Position numbers and translations under genes: made by a program. The notes beneath the pieces are model-generated. The model was given only the letters and a program-made list of their open reading frames with translations, searched no databases and was not told the DNA's origin. From Stegostoma tigrinum (lineage: Eukaryota), in the NCBI RefSeq assembly GCF_030684315.1, contig NC_081369.1, positions 2,780,689 to 2,844,688 on the forward strand: a DNA stretch of 64,000 bases, read 5' to 3'. Shown here piece after piece: positions 63,256-64,000 of this stretch (its first letter is position 1; every line of letters begins with the position of its first letter).

Positions 63256-63561
63256 CTTCACCAGCTCCCCTAAACATTGTATTGATACGTTCCGAAGATC
63301 CTTCATCTGCTTCTTTCAAGCTGCAATGCAGAACATCTGGCTTTTATCCGGAATACTTTAACCTGACTTGGCACAGAAACGGGGCACAAATCTTCACTGG
63401 ATTTAGAAATGAAAAACAGGCAAAAGGCGAGGGACTTTATGAAGTGGTCAGCTCTTTGGACATACCAAATATACCGGAAAGTGACACAGTCTACATGTGT
63501 CATGTGTATCACGTTTCAAGCGCATTTCCAGCAAATGCCAGCTGCACTGTGACGAAAGACG
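63256..63561 (+). CDS. Gene 2 exon 3: Ig C1-set domain (gene continues beyond window)
   Basis: Acceptor aatacag|, 306 nt, phase 1-1. Reads LQCRTSGFYPEYFNLTWHRNG..EGLYEVVSSL..YMCHVYH..PANAS. The donor G|gtaagattct is identical to that of gene 1 exon 3. Confidence 0.95.
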
Positions 63562-64000
63562 GTAAGATTCTATGACACGATGTACGTTAATCTTTCAGAC
63601 ATTGTTTAAAAACGTTGACCGAGTAGAAAGTGGTTGCTAAATTCAGTTGCCTCCCTTATGTCAATCCCGAAATTTGACACGATTGTACAGTTAAGGGTTT
63701 CCTTACTGCAACTTATTCCGAAGGTGTGTGGTATATTGTTAGGTCAGATACTCCAATACAGGACATTCGTCATCGAGGGGTCCCGTAGTTTAAGTACATT
63801 ATGTTGCAATTTACTGTGAATAACTGGAAATCTTAAAGAGGGACAAAGAACTAGAGAGGAATATCAACACGTTATCCAGCACAGATGAGGCCGTTTGATC
63901 CATTGACTGCACTGTACCTATTTACATTCATCACACTTTCCAGCAATTAGCCCATAACCTTGAATTTTATGACAATTTAAATGCTCATCCACGTTCATTT

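Overview
Eukaryotic, repeat-rich genomic DNA, almost certainly from a shark. The repeats include HE1-type tRNA-derived V-SINEs, CR1/HER1-type LINEs, Penelope-like elements and Deu-type SINE remnants; the species cannot be determined from the sequence. Most ORF-track entries are retroelement debris or chance ORFs. Between the repeats lies a cluster of four related immunoglobulin-superfamily receptor gene units. (1) A + strand pseudogene remnant with C1, TM and tail pieces at 0.67-2.67 kb. (2) A complete, intact 7-exon gene at 17469-31715 (+) that I assembled by hand into 337 aa: leader / V domain with a germline-joined J-like GxGTxLxV motif / one C1-set domain / uncharged TM / tail with three tyrosine motifs (YALLNF, TLYAMI, TYESLDM) resembling the SIRP-alpha tail. 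(3) An inverted - strand pseudogene with leader, C1, TM and tail remnants at 47.5-51.3 kb; it and unit 1 share an Asp in the TM. (4) The first three exons (leader with a GC donor, V, C1) of a divergent paralogue from 61461 past the window end. A near full-length, frameshifted Tx1-clade LINE (53155 to ~58420, -) is inserted inside the hammerhead-ribozyme-like motif of a Penelope element, and a diverged copy of the target at its 5' end rebuilds that motif. All exon models, alignments and counts were made by eye; family names rest on recalled motifs, not on database searches.
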